In this document: positions 36,461 through 44,869 of the stretch, one piece after another | How positions within the stretch are numbered: position 1 is the first letter of the stretch | How the letters are laid out: every line of letters starts with the position of its first letter | DNA from: a virus | Strand: one strand, 5' to 3' | IMG/VR virus record: IMGVR_UViG_3300008116_000004 | Length of the DNA stretch: 64,000 nt | Notes under the pieces: model-generated | Databases searched by the model: none | The model's input: only the letters and a program-made list of their open reading frames with translations | What the model was told of the DNA's origin: nothing | Position numbers and translations under genes: made by a program

Positions 36461-36694
36461 TTACCAGGTGTTGACGGTACTCCCTCTATGTGCTCTTTTC
36501 ACTTTCTTTAAAACATCACGAAAACCTCCATCAGGTTTTCTCAAACCTAATCGAGTTGGATCTGCAATAGCAGGAGCCGATAATACTTGTTGAAGATGTG
36601 GGTTGTTTTCTACGTAGGCATCGTATTCAGAGATCGGCATGGATATGTCGAACTCTTTACCAGTTTTAGTATCATAAAACGTATAATTAGCCAT
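36461..36694 (-). CDS. FmdB-like small protein (no Cys)
   Basis: M..YTF....TG.EF..M......NPH..Q, KPD.GF.DVL; usual T4-like neighbour of phoH. Confidence 0.6.
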   Translation of the reverse strand: MANYTFYDTKTGKEFDISMPISEYDAYVENNPHLQQVLSAPAIADPTRLGLRKPDGGFRDVLKKVKRAHRGSTVNTW

Positions 36695-36884
36695 TAACTA
36701 AAATGCCTTTCGACTTCCAATAATCCTGGATGTCTTTTTTATTTAGGGGATCTAACCCTTTAGAAAGCATTTCTTCTTCAACTAAATCTTGTAAATATGC
36801 TTTTTCATTAAGATTTCTAGGATTATAATACTCATCTATCAACTTATCTACTGTTACTTTAGTACTGTTAAGAATCTGAGACAC
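36687..36884 (-). CDS. Hypothetical protein
   Basis: ORF in tightly overlapping operon. Confidence 0.6.
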   Translation of the reverse strand: MSQILNSTKVTVDKLIDEYYNPRNLNEKAYLQDLVEEEMLSKGLDPLNKKDIQDYWKSKGILVNG

Positions 36885-37053
36885 CTAACATCTCCCTAAG
36901 TTTGTGTTGAACTCTTTTAAGAGCAGCTGGTTCGTGTTCATTGAATACTATGAGGGTCTCTTGAACACCTTTTTTGCGACCCTCAAGCCAATAATAGAAT
37001 GCTACCACTGCAATAAGCAGAGTATATAAAACTGCGCTTGTTATATTATCCAT
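36868..37053 (-). CDS. Hypothetical membrane-anchored protein
   Basis: N-terminal TM helix followed by basic residues. Confidence 0.6.
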   Translation of the reverse strand: MDNITSAVLYTLLIAVVAFYYWLEGRKKGVQETLIVFNEHEPAALKRVQHKLREMLGVSDS

Positions 37054-37250
37054 TAGTCGTCTTCGTATGATAAGAGTTTATCAAGATCTTTTGAGCGTAA
37101 AGCATTATCATAATTACGGTAATGCTTCTGCATTTTTTCTCGTTTTACTTCTCTAAAACTGAGATTTTCTTCTTCTGTAATGTAACTGTTATTAAAAGTC
37201 TTTTTTTTATTTTTAAATTCTGTTTTATGGAATTTAGTAGAGTTGTTCAT
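37053..37250 (-). CDS. Hypothetical protein
   Basis: Coupled ORF in operon. Confidence 0.55.
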   Translation of the reverse strand: MNNSTKFHKTEFKNKKKTFNNSYITEEENLSFREVKREKMQKHYRNYDNALRSKDLDKLLSYEDD

Positions 37251-37675
37251 TCTGGAATAAGCCCTGGAAATGCTAGGTTAACTACTTCTTTTGTAATGCC
37301 CTTAAAAGGACATTTTTTATCTTTCATGCTTAAAAGAAGCTTAGCATCATCTGCACTTACATTTTCAAGCATCTGGATAAAAATCTGTTCTCGCCTCATC
37401 GGCTTAAGATTCGGATTTCCACCTTCTACTAACAAATAAAAGCGAGGCACTTCGTTAATAAATGCCTTAGGTTCATCAAATTTATTTGGAATATAAGGTG
37501 GTACACCTTCTGGTAAAAGAAATTTAACATTAGGATCGAACCAGCCTGCAAGCACAGTTCGCACTGCTAAATTATTATTAAGTTTAAGCGCTTGCACTCG
37601 TTCTTCTTTTTTCTTCAATTCATTAATTTTAGCAAATAACTTTGCTACACCATCAATCTTATATTGAAATGACAT
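37247..37675 (-). CDS. Conserved T4-like hypothetical protein downstream of rnh
   Basis: FDP.VKFLLPEG.PPY, RRE..FIQMLE, KDKK..FKGIT..VV..AFP. Confidence 0.75.
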   Translation of the reverse strand: MSFQYKIDGVAKLFAKINELKKKEERVQALKLNNNLAVRTVLAGWFDPNVKFLLPEGVPPYIPNKFDEPKAFINEVPRFYLLVEGGNPNLKPMRREQIFIQMLENVSADDAKLLLSMKDKKCPFKGITKEVVNLAFPGLIPE

Positions 37676-38535
37676 TAGAAATCACCTATATTTTCCATCA
37701 TATTTTTAAGTTTATAATTAATAAAATAGTTAAACAGTTTACTCTTATCCTTACCTTGTTCGCTGAGATATTTATTAATAACTTCGGTTCGAATACTATC
37801 TGGTACCATTGATAGATCCACCATATGCTTATTACGCATAAAGTTTCTATCTGTAGTACTATCTAAGAGCACTGCACCATCATTGTAGATCTTATTAATC
37901 TTTTTCTGAGTAAGAGGTTTCTGACGTTTATCAGCTACAAAAGTATCATCATCAGATAATACATTTGGTATACCATCACCAACATCACCTTTAAGAATAT
38001 GCTCTACAAGAAAGCGCTCTGGATTATCATGTGTAATCCATTTCTTTCTTACTGGGTCATATTGCTTAACGTTAGACTGTGTTTGTAATTGAACGAAGTC
38101 TTTATCACCAGAAAGGATAATAATCTTATGTACATCGTTAGTATGTTTGACTAGTGATGCAATAATATCATCAGCTTCAGCTGTATCGACCTGAATGACA
38201 GGATAGGGCAAATTATCTTTTATTTCTTGTTTAATTTTATTAAAGATATCAAATATATTAGTCCAATTTAATTCAGACTCTTCACGATTCTTTTTACGGT
38301 TGGCTTTGTAGTAAGGGAAGATCTGCTTACGCCAATAGTTCTTATCATCACATGCTATAATCATCTCACCATATTCTTCACCAAACTTCTGTTTGTATGA
38401 ACGAAGTGAGTTGATCACCATATGACGAAACAATCCTTCTTCGATAGGAATGTTCGTATGATTTCCAATCTGCATCATCAGATTAGATATCATGACTTGG
38501 TTAAAATCAACGATAATCATTTTAAATGTTTCCAC
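37675..38535 (-). CDS. rnh: T4-type RNase H (5'-3' exonuclease)
   Basis: YWRK..FPYYKANRK, EADDII, SGDKDF.QL, GD..DGIPN. Confidence 0.93.
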   Translation of the reverse strand: METFKMIIVDFNQVMISNLMMQIGNHTNIPIEEGLFRHMVINSLRSYKQKFGEEYGEMIIACDDKNYWRKQIFPYYKANRKKNREESELNWTNIFDIFNKIKQEIKDNLPYPVIQVDTAEADDIIASLVKHTNDVHKIIILSGDKDFVQLQTQSNVKQYDPVRKKWITHDNPERFLVEHILKGDVGDGIPNVLSDDDTFVADKRQKPLTQKKINKIYNDGAVLLDSTTDRNFMRNKHMVDLSMVPDSIRTEVINKYLSEQGKDKSKLFNYFINYKLKNMMENIGDF

Positions 38536-38572
38536 ATAAATCTGTACTATAATATATTATATAGTTATTAAT

Positions 38573-38923
38573 TTATGTGTGCAAGTTATTTTCTTCAATT
38601 ATTCTATCCAATTCTTTCTTAGCATCTGCTTCTAGTGTGATTGTAGCTTCTGCTAAGTCTTGAAACGAATGATTCAGATCTTTTGTTGTATAAACCATAG
38701 CACGGATTGCTTCTTCTAAGAAAACTACCGATTTTACTACACTTTCATCTGGTTTAATTGTGAGACCATAAGATGTAAGTACTGCAAAGACTGCTTCGAA
38801 AGCATCTGCTGTTACTTCATCACAATATGTACGTCTCACTTGTTCAACATGATCTATAGTCTGTTCAAGATTATTTGGAAAAGGACTGTTAGATTTTGTT
38901 GGAAATTGTATAATGTTGTCCAT
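38573..38923 (-). CDS. Hypothetical protein
   Basis: Likely start MDNIIQFP at 38923 (track gives 38962). Confidence 0.6.
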   Translation of the reverse strand: MDNIIQFPTKSNSPFPNNLEQTIDHVEQVRRTYCDEVTADAFEAVFAVLTSYGLTIKPDESVVKSVVFLEEAIRAMVYTTKDLNHSFQDLAEATITLEADAKKELDRIIEENNLHT

Positions 38924-38951
38924 ATTTCTGCCATATAGTATGGTGACATTA

Positions 38952-39350
38952 TTATTTATCATACTTTATAGCTTGTATGATTACTGCAGCTGCCACCGTT
39001 TTTTTATCTTTAGTAATAGAAGCAATAATAGATGGTCTATAATTATTTGGTACTATAGCACTCAATCTATTTGATGCTCCACCAAAGAGTTTTATTTCGG
39101 GTGCACCTGATGTGTTATAAAACAAAACTATATCTTTAGGTCTTACGTTATTATCAAATCCAGTACCTAAAGCTTTTGCGCACGCTTCTTTAATTGCAAA
39201 ACGTTTAGCATAATAAACAGCTTCGTTTGTATCTTCAGTAATTTCTTCTTGAGAAAAATTATTTTTGATAAATCTTTCTCTGATTGATCTCTTTAATATA
39301 TCTTTAATTCTAGATACATTACAGAGATCAATTCCAATTCCTATAATCAT
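38952..39350 (-). CDS. acpS: Holo-ACP synthase (4'-phosphopantetheinyl transferase)
   Basis: MIIGIGID..RI, AKRFAIKEA.AKALGTG, G.P.I.L, SIT.D. Confidence 0.92.
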   Translation of the reverse strand: MIIGIGIDLCNVSRIKDILKRSIRERFIKNNFSQEEITEDTNEAVYYAKRFAIKEACAKALGTGFDNNVRPKDIVLFYNTSGAPEIKLFGGASNRLSAIVPNNYRPSIIASITKDKKTVAAAVIIQAIKYDK

Positions 39351-40456
39351 TTAACTACTTTAAGTAGAATTACATTGTTGTTAATTCTATCTGAAAATGT
39401 GATAGGATCTGATGAGATATCATCCATAAGTTTACGAAGTACTATCTTACCTCCAGAAAGTACTTTCTTGATATACTCTTCTGGTTTACGACCGATACGT
39501 TTAGTTACGGAAGAATCGCTATCAAAGCCATCAATAGAAGTGCGCCGTACACTGAGACCAGCAGGCCCACGAGCCCTAAACACGCTAAGAGTTTTGTACT
39601 TAGTATTAAAGGTCCAAAGTTCTTGAGAGCCGATAACCGTTGCGGGGTCACACGATTGTAATTTATACTCATTGCTTTCTTTCTGATATTGGAAATGTTT
39701 CAAGAGTTTTTCTGTGGTAGGAGCTTTCTTCTTACGAGGAGCACGAGCTTTCTTTACATTACCTGCAAAGCGCTCGCAGTCCTCGATAAGCTTAGCGACA
39801 TATGCTAACTTAGCTTTTAATTGAGGCTTCGTATAGTGAGTGTAGCCCTCATTGTCTTCGACAACAGCGTAAGCATACTCATCACGAAGAGGCCTATAAA
39901 ATTCAGCAATTCTGTTCGCATGTTGAGCCGGTATCTCATTTTTCTGTAACCACTCATAAATGTTGACCTGTTCACCTGAATCAAGAATAGCTTCTACATC
40001 ACCAATAATATCTGAAACGCGTTCTTTGATACGTTCCTGAATAGACGGTTTAACTTTAAGTTCAGCAGGTTTTACTTCTACCTCCTCACCTATGTTAGTC
40101 ATATTTCTAATATCATCTATAACACGTTTATATTCAAAGTCTTTAAGATGTGCTTTATTATTAGATGCAATACGGCACATCCATGCAGACGTCAAGGGTA
40201 AACGCTTCTCAGGTATACGATCAATAGCCTTAATCATATCCTTATCAGTCTTAAAATATTCTTTGAGGTAAGCACGAGCTTCCTCATTCTCACACATAGT
40301 ATTATACCATGTGAATGCTCGGATTAACTCAACGGTACCTGGATTAATACCTACCTTAGGTTCATCACCAAGATACTTCCAGTTAACCAGATAGGTTTCT
40401 GACTTAGTAGTACGTTTAGTCTTTTTCGTTTTGACTTTAAGTAATGACTTAGCCAT
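39347..40456 (-). CDS. Conserved T4-like hypothetical protein
   Basis: SIQERI, S.DP..VIG..ELW.FNTK, RIN...ILL; start MAKSLL with GAGG RBS. Confidence 0.7.
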   Translation of the reverse strand: MAKSLLKVKTKKTKRTTKSETYLVNWKYLGDEPKVGINPGTVELIRAFTWYNTMCENEEARAYLKEYFKTDKDMIKAIDRIPEKRLPLTSAWMCRIASNNKAHLKDFEYKRVIDDIRNMTNIGEEVEVKPAELKVKPSIQERIKERVSDIIGDVEAILDSGEQVNIYEWLQKNEIPAQHANRIAEFYRPLRDEYAYAVVEDNEGYTHYTKPQLKAKLAYVAKLIEDCERFAGNVKKARAPRKKKAPTTEKLLKHFQYQKESNEYKLQSCDPATVIGSQELWTFNTKYKTLSVFRARGPAGLSVRRTSIDGFDSDSSVTKRIGRKPEEYIKKVLSGGKIVLRKLMDDISSDPITFSDRINNNVILLKVVK

Positions 40457-40481
40457 TGTACCTCTCACGTTACAGTAAGAT

Positions 40482-40506
40482 AGGGGGCCGGTTTCCCGGC
40501 CCCTTT
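40482..40506. terminator. GC-rich hairpin
   Basis: GGGGCCGG-GAAA-CCGGCCCC (minus strand) after ORF 40514-40741; no U-tract on the coding strand. Confidence 0.5.
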
Positions 40507-40513
40507 ATGTATA

Positions 40514-40741
40514 TTAAGCGGCTACTTGCTGTGAAGCAGTCTTACGAGTCTTTGCGACACCAGAAACTACTTCCATAGCAAACTGAGCCTTTGCCTTCTT
40601 GATATGAAGCTTGGCATTACCAGGCTTCAAACCCATCTGCCCAGTAAGATCAGAGAAGATAGTCTTCTCATCTGAACCAAGCTTCAGAGCACCAAGAATA
40701 AAAGAACGAACCGAACCTTTAGCATTACGAATGTTACGCAT
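40514..40741 (-). CDS. Small basic early protein
   Basis: AAGGAG RBS, own AGTTGCA promoter, ends in VAA. Confidence 0.7.
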   Translation of the reverse strand: MRNIRNAKGSVRSFILGALKLGSDEKTIFSDLTGQMGLKPGNAKLHIKKAKAQFAMEVVSGVAKTRKTASQQVAA

Positions 40742-40857
40742 GTCAATTTCTCCTTTGTTATGCGTTTCTCACTACATTGTTATAGTCGCATCTTTTCCTT
40801 ATTAGTGCAACTATTCTTTGCCACTTGGCAAAGCCTTGGATGCTCATAGAGCAAAAC

Positions 40858-41025
40858 TCACTCACACACAATATAAGATCTCTTACAAGATGATGGGTAC
40901 CAATCAAAATTGCCTAGTTTTCTTTTTATAAAAAACATAGCTTGAGATTCATTAGAAGCAAGAATTTTATGACTCTTATACACTTTTAAATCTCTATTTC
41001 TAAATTTAAAACGGTACACAAACAT
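40858..41025 (-). CDS. Small early protein (55 aa)
   Basis: Not in track; GGAGA RBS; MFVYRFKFRNRDLK...SYIVCE. Confidence 0.55.
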   Translation of the reverse strand: MFVYRFKFRNRDLKVYKSHKILASNESQAMFFIKRKLGNFDWYPSSCKRSYIVCE

Positions 41026-41081
41026 TTGTATCTCCATCTCATCATATTACTAATGTAACGGTATTTGGAAATAATTGCAAC

Positions 41082-41225
41082 TTATTTTTTTCCGACATAT
41101 TCCATTACATAAGTCTCAGATCCATCAGGGTGTCTATGTGAACGGATAATAACCCATCCGTTTCCCTGCAACTCACGAAGGCGCTTTACACAATAGCGCG
41201 GCTGACCTGTAAATGTCTTAGTCAT
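41082..41225 (-). CDS. Small early protein (47 aa)
   Basis: Not in track; GGAGA RBS; MTKTFTGQPRYCVKRLRELQGNGWVIIRSHRHPDGSETYVMEYVGKK. Confidence 0.65.
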   Translation of the reverse strand: MTKTFTGQPRYCVKRLRELQGNGWVIIRSHRHPDGSETYVMEYVGKK

Positions 41226-41294
41226 TATCATATCTCCATTTCTCATATTATTATCATAGTATTTTTCTGAAAATAATGCAACTTATATTTTCTT

Positions 41295-41418
41295 CAATGA
41301 TTTCAATGAGTTAGCGTTTATCCAGTAAATCCTTGAAATCATTGAGTTTTTTTGGATCTGAAATTATCCAATGATTTCAATGAATATGTCACGGATTCGC
41401 TAAGTCCTTGAAAAACAA
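41295..41418. repeat. Alternating inverted copies of a TTGAAATCATTG-like motif
   Basis: CAATGATTTCAATGA at 41295 and 41369; TTGAAATCATTGA at 41333; degenerate CTAAGTCCTTGAAAAACAA at 41400. Confidence 0.75.
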
Positions 41419-41491
41419 GGCGTTTTTTTAGGAAAAAAACAGTTGACTTATTTACTAAAATATACGAATATTAATTATAAGGAGAAATGAG

Positions 41492-41584
41492 ATGAACGCA
41501 ATTTTAGCCTATCTTCCCTGGATATCATTAGGATTTGGTATACTTGCTATTACTGCAATTTATGAGTATCTTACAGAAAAATAA
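41492..41584 (+). CDS. 30-aa hydrophobic peptide
   Basis: Not in track; AAGGAG upstream; MNAILAYLPWISLGFGILAITAIYEYLTEK. Confidence 0.55.
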   Translation: MNAILAYLPWISLGFGILAITAIYEYLTEK

Positions 41585-41644
41585 GTTGCATTAATTTCCT
41601 AAAACCGCTACATTAATAATATGATGAATGAGAGGAAAGAAAAG

Positions 41645-41902
41645 ATGTCGACTTTTGAAAATGTTCGTGAATGGGAAATGCAATGCTACGGTATGCTTTC
41701 ATCAGATATTGAAAAGAATATCTTGAATTCACCGATGGCAAAATTGATGTCGATGGAAATGATTGCAATGTCGATGCTTTCAGATGCTCAGGAATTGCTT
41801 GAGCGTAATCAGAATAACCGTGCTCGTCAGCATATCAATATTGCAAAATACATTCTTGGCGAGATCATGGACCGTAATTATCGTAAATCAGAGGTTGCTT
41901 AA
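41645..41902 (+). CDS. Hypothetical early protein
   Basis: Start MSTFENV after GAGG; SMLSDAQE..ARQ.INIAKY. Confidence 0.7.
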   Translation: MSTFENVREWEMQCYGMLSSDIEKNILNSPMAKLMSMEMIAMSMLSDAQELLERNQNNRARQHINIAKYILGEIMDRNYRKSEVA

Positions 41903-41903
41903 T

Positions 41904-42194
41904 ATGTATCGTGAATCTGAGAAAGAAGTTCATCAATACCTTGATGAGTACTTTGCTACTCATGATGTATGGACTCATGACGATGATCATCTAAGTCGTT
42001 TTCATCGTTCATGGGTTCGTAAAAACTCAGACAAATTTTATATCAACAAGGTATCTGAAATTATGACTGGTCAGCCTATTTACCGTTATGGTAACAAGAC
42101 TGGTACTCAGTATGGTTCTCGTGGTAAACACATTGGTTGGGGTGGATCCTATTGGTCTCACACCTGGCAAATTAGAAAGCGTAATGGAGCCTAA
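41904..42194 (+). CDS. Hypothetical early protein
   Basis: Start MYRESEK after GAGG (track start 41763 overlaps the upstream gene). Confidence 0.65.
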   Translation: MYRESEKEVHQYLDEYFATHDVWTHDDDHLSRFHRSWVRKNSDKFYINKVSEIMTGQPIYRYGNKTGTQYGSRGKHIGWGGSYWSHTWQIRKRNGA

Positions 42195-42195
42195 T

Positions 42196-42384
42196 ATGAC
42201 AATACTAGCCCTATCAGAAGACTACTTCCGTATGCAGCAGAACTACATCGACCAATACGTGGTTACGAGCCAGAATAGGAACTATGTTAAGAAGCGTATA
42301 GACCTATTGGTTAAGGATGGCTGGAAACTTAAATCTCAGTCTGTAGATAAAGATGGTTTTATTCGTTCAGTAATGGTGAAGTGA
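42196..42384 (+). CDS. Hypothetical early protein
   Basis: Start MTILALSED after GGAG. Confidence 0.65.
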   Translation: MTILALSEDYFRMQQNYIDQYVVTSQNRNYVKKRIDLLVKDGWKLKSQSVDKDGFIRSVMVK

Positions 42385-42626
42385 TGCTTCAGTTAAATTA
42401 TAAGAGAACGCTTTCCAACGGTAAAGAAGTTGGTGTGTATAATGAAAAGGTATCAGGTGGTATACTAGACTATTACATTGGACCATTTGATACATTAGAA
42501 GAGTGTAAACAGTATTGTGAAGACTATACTGAAGCTACACGTATGGGTTATAACGGACGTGCTAGCTTTGTTTACATAGATGGTAAACATTATGCTGCAT
42601 GCTCACGCTGGTTATCTTGTGATTAG
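42381..42626 (+). CDS. Hypothetical early protein
   Basis: Coupled ORF; IGPFDTLEE motif common in small phage proteins. Confidence 0.65.
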   Translation: MMLQLNYKRTLSNGKEVGVYNEKVSGGILDYYIGPFDTLEECKQYCEDYTEATRMGYNGRASFVYIDGKHYAACSRWLSCD

Positions 42627-42634
42627 GAGTTATT

Positions 42635-42832
42635 ATGGTAGACAATATCACTGAGTTAAAAGAGTATCTTTACTTACGTATTGATGCTGCAAAAGTGCTA
42701 GCAGAAGAACCGATGCCTGACTGGTATAATATGCATGATTATTCATCAGGGTTTTATAATGGGCGGAAAATAGCTGCACAAGATAAAATAGATCTTATTC
42801 AAGAAATTCTCGACCGGTTAGAAAAACTCTAA
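42635..42832 (+). CDS. Hypothetical early protein
   Basis: AGGAG RBS. Confidence 0.65.
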   Translation: MVDNITELKEYLYLRIDAAKVLAEEPMPDWYNMHDYSSGFYNGRKIAAQDKIDLIQEILDRLEKL

Positions 42833-42842
42833 CCGGTTTTTT
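42813..42842 (+). terminator. Rho-independent terminator of the + strand early operon
   Basis: ACCGGTTAGA-AAAAC-TCTAACCGGT followed by a T run. Confidence 0.7.
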
Positions 42843-42873
42843 ATTATCTAAATAATAAAAAAGGAGATAATTA

Positions 42874-43053
42874 ATGGAAGTTAAAACTAATAAAAATGGT
42901 GATAGAGTTTTTACTTTAACAGCTGCGAAAGAAGCTGCAGGTAATATTATACCTAATCATAAAATTAAAGGTTGGATATTAGAAAGTCTTACAGAAGAAA
43001 ATAACATGGTAACTTTTACTATGAGATTACCGTTTAAATTAATTAAAAAGTAA
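42874..43053 (+). CDS. Hypothetical protein (59 aa)
   Basis: Not in track; AAGGAG RBS; MEVKTNKNGDRVFTL...PFKLIKK. Confidence 0.65.
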   Translation: MEVKTNKNGDRVFTLTAAKEAAGNIIPNHKIKGWILESLTEENNMVTFTMRLPFKLIKK

Positions 43054-43983
43054 TTATAGAAGCGTTCTTAAAAACGTTTCCCATTCATTCTTTCTTTTAT
43101 CCCATCCGTAGAAATAGTCAAAATACTCTTTTTGAAAATCTAAGTATGGTGTATCACCATCTGCATTGTTTTTAATTGCTTCAATAGCATTATTTAATGT
43201 GTGTGCAAATTGTACTGCATGCATATTTTTATTTTCATTCCACTGATACATCATAGCAAAATTACCACATGTTTCAGGTAATGCACCATAATTTGGACAT
43301 ACTACTAAATTTTTAGCAGACATTGCTTCTATAACTGATATACCAGAAGTTTCTAACCATATACATGGATATGCATATATGTGAGACTTCTTTAATGCTT
43401 TTCTAACTTCTTCATTAGAAACACCACCATGATATGTTATTTTTGGATTACTTCGACAGCGATCAAAAAGTTCTTTATATCTAATGTCTTGATCTTTCCA
43501 ACCATACACACTAAAAGAAGAATAAACGTCTAAATGTATATTGTCATGAATTTTACACAGTTCTTCGAATACTGGTACTAATATTTCTAAACCACGATGA
43601 GGTGTAGTGTGGTAAATAAGATTAACAGTACCATTATATTCTTTTTTACCTACTTCAATAGGTTCAATTGCATTTTTTAAAACAATACATTGACTGTAAG
43701 GTACGTTAGATGCAAGATTATATAACTGCATTTGCCAGTCAGAAACGCAAACTATTTTATCAAATCTTTTAAGCTTTTCTGGATCTTTTAAATGTTCTGA
43801 CTCTGGATCAAAAGGGAGATCATGCAACCAGAGAATACGTTTTTTATCTGGATTAATATCTCTCACACGTGATAAAATAATCTGAAATTTATCGAGTAGA
43901 TCTTTTGGTAGGTCGCGATAGAGGCGCTCTTGCATTAGCTCAGAGCCGCCTCTTGCGTTCTTACTTAATTCATTTCTTTCCAT
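43054..43983 (-). CDS. GT4/GT-B glycosyltransferase
   Basis: RGGSE, LWLHD, PHRGL, YP..WLETSGISVIEAM..GALPET. Confidence 0.85.
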   Translation of the reverse strand: MERNELSKNARGGSELMQERLYRDLPKDLLDKFQIILSRVRDINPDKKRILWLHDLPFDPESEHLKDPEKLKRFDKIVCVSDWQMQLYNLASNVPYSQCIVLKNAIEPIEVGKKEYNGTVNLIYHTTPHRGLEILVPVFEELCKIHDNIHLDVYSSFSVYGWKDQDIRYKELFDRCRSNPKITYHGGVSNEEVRKALKKSHIYAYPCIWLETSGISVIEAMSAKNLVVCPNYGALPETCGNFAMMYQWNENKNMHAVQFAHTLNNAIEAIKNNADGDTPYLDFQKEYFDYFYGWDKRKNEWETFLRTLL

Positions 43984-44004
43984 AACAAACCTATAATAAA
44001 AGAA

Positions 44005-44343
44005 TCAATCTTGTTTTTTAAATACCGATTTTGGTAACTTCAATTCAACTTTTTCGTCTTGTAATCCAACCAATGTATGAGCAGTGAATGATAAGATGCT
44101 CCATGCTCCAAATCCAACAACTACAGATGCTGCAATCATGTTATCTGAAGTAGGATTCCAATTTAACCATTCTATAAGAACTGGAGAGAACACGATAGCT
44201 GTCATAACACTAAGGCCTGATCTAACAGCAGCATCCCAAACGTTACAAGGTTTATAAAATGCCATGAATGACACTCCGCCGATAAGACCGCCAAGACCAG
44301 TCATAAGTTTAGCCATTAGCGGTGTAGATATTGGATCTGACAT
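44005..44343 (-). CDS. Small three-TM membrane protein (holin-like)
   Basis: Three hydrophobic segments and charged C-tail; likely start MSDPIS; AATAAATA upstream. Confidence 0.45.
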   Translation of the reverse strand: MSDPISTPLMAKLMTGLGGLIGGVSFMAFYKPCNVWDAAVRSGLSVMTAIVFSPVLIEWLNWNPTSDNMIAASVVVGFGAWSILSFTAHTLVGLQDEKVELKLPKSVFKKQD

Positions 44344-44385
44344 CGTTATTCCTATTATTAGCAATTTAAGAAAATGCTTATAATA

Positions 44386-44631
44386 TTATTTATTAATGCT
44401 AATAATTGAGTCAAATCTAAAAGAACGCCAACCTTCTTTATCTACATCCCATACTGAAATAATATTTTCATTTATTTTTTTATCACGATCTGTTTTCTTT
44501 TCATGAGGTTTAATAAATGCATCCATAAGCGTGCATTTCATATCACGCTCAGAACCATCAGTTTTTGTAAATTTAATATTTACAATACCTGAATGTAGCA
44601 TATTCATAACGTTAGTTTTAGATAGCTCCAT
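44386..44631 (-). CDS. WYL_2/Sm-like beta-barrel protein
   Basis: FTKTDGSERDMKCTL..VWD....GWRSFR; likely start MELSKT. Confidence 0.75.
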   Translation of the reverse strand: MELSKTNVMNMLHSGIVNIKFTKTDGSERDMKCTLMDAFIKPHEKKTDRDKKINENIISVWDVDKEGWRSFRFDSIISINK

Positions 44632-44869
44632 CACCGTATCCACCGGCTGTCTCCTCAAGATATTCTTTCAATTCTTCATAACCACCAATACGTTTGCCAT
44701 CAATTGTAATGATCGGTACCGTTCTCACTCCTGGAAACATTTCAGTTATTTCTGTGAGACCTACATCCTCACCTACTGAATAGTATTTGTAATTGATACC
44801 TTTACTGTTAAGTAATTCTTTAGCTTTCACACACCAATTACAATTCTGTTTACCATATACCTCAATCAT
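44618..44869 (-). CDS. nrdC: Glutaredoxin
   Basis: CNWC, RTVP.I..DG..IGGY. Confidence 0.9.
   Translation of the reverse strand: MIEVYGKQNCNWCVKAKELLNSKGINYKYYSVGEDVGLTEITEMFPGVRTVPIITIDGKRIGGYEELKEYLEETAGGYGDGAI

Larger units (their letters stand above)
40779..41614. promoter_or_regulatory. Divergent cluster of five sigma70-like early promoters
   Basis: AGTTG-led -35 boxes. Minus strand: 40805-40812, 41075-41080 (TTGCAA-N17-TACATT), 41276-41281 (TTGCAT-N17-TATGAT). Plus strand: 41443-41448, 41586-41591 (TTGCAT-N17-TACATT). Confidence 0.7.

Noticed and set aside
41295-41418. Mini CRISPR array
   Set aside because: Repeats are short, alternate in orientation and lack regular spacers; the Cas4-like exonuclease is a standard T4-like gene.
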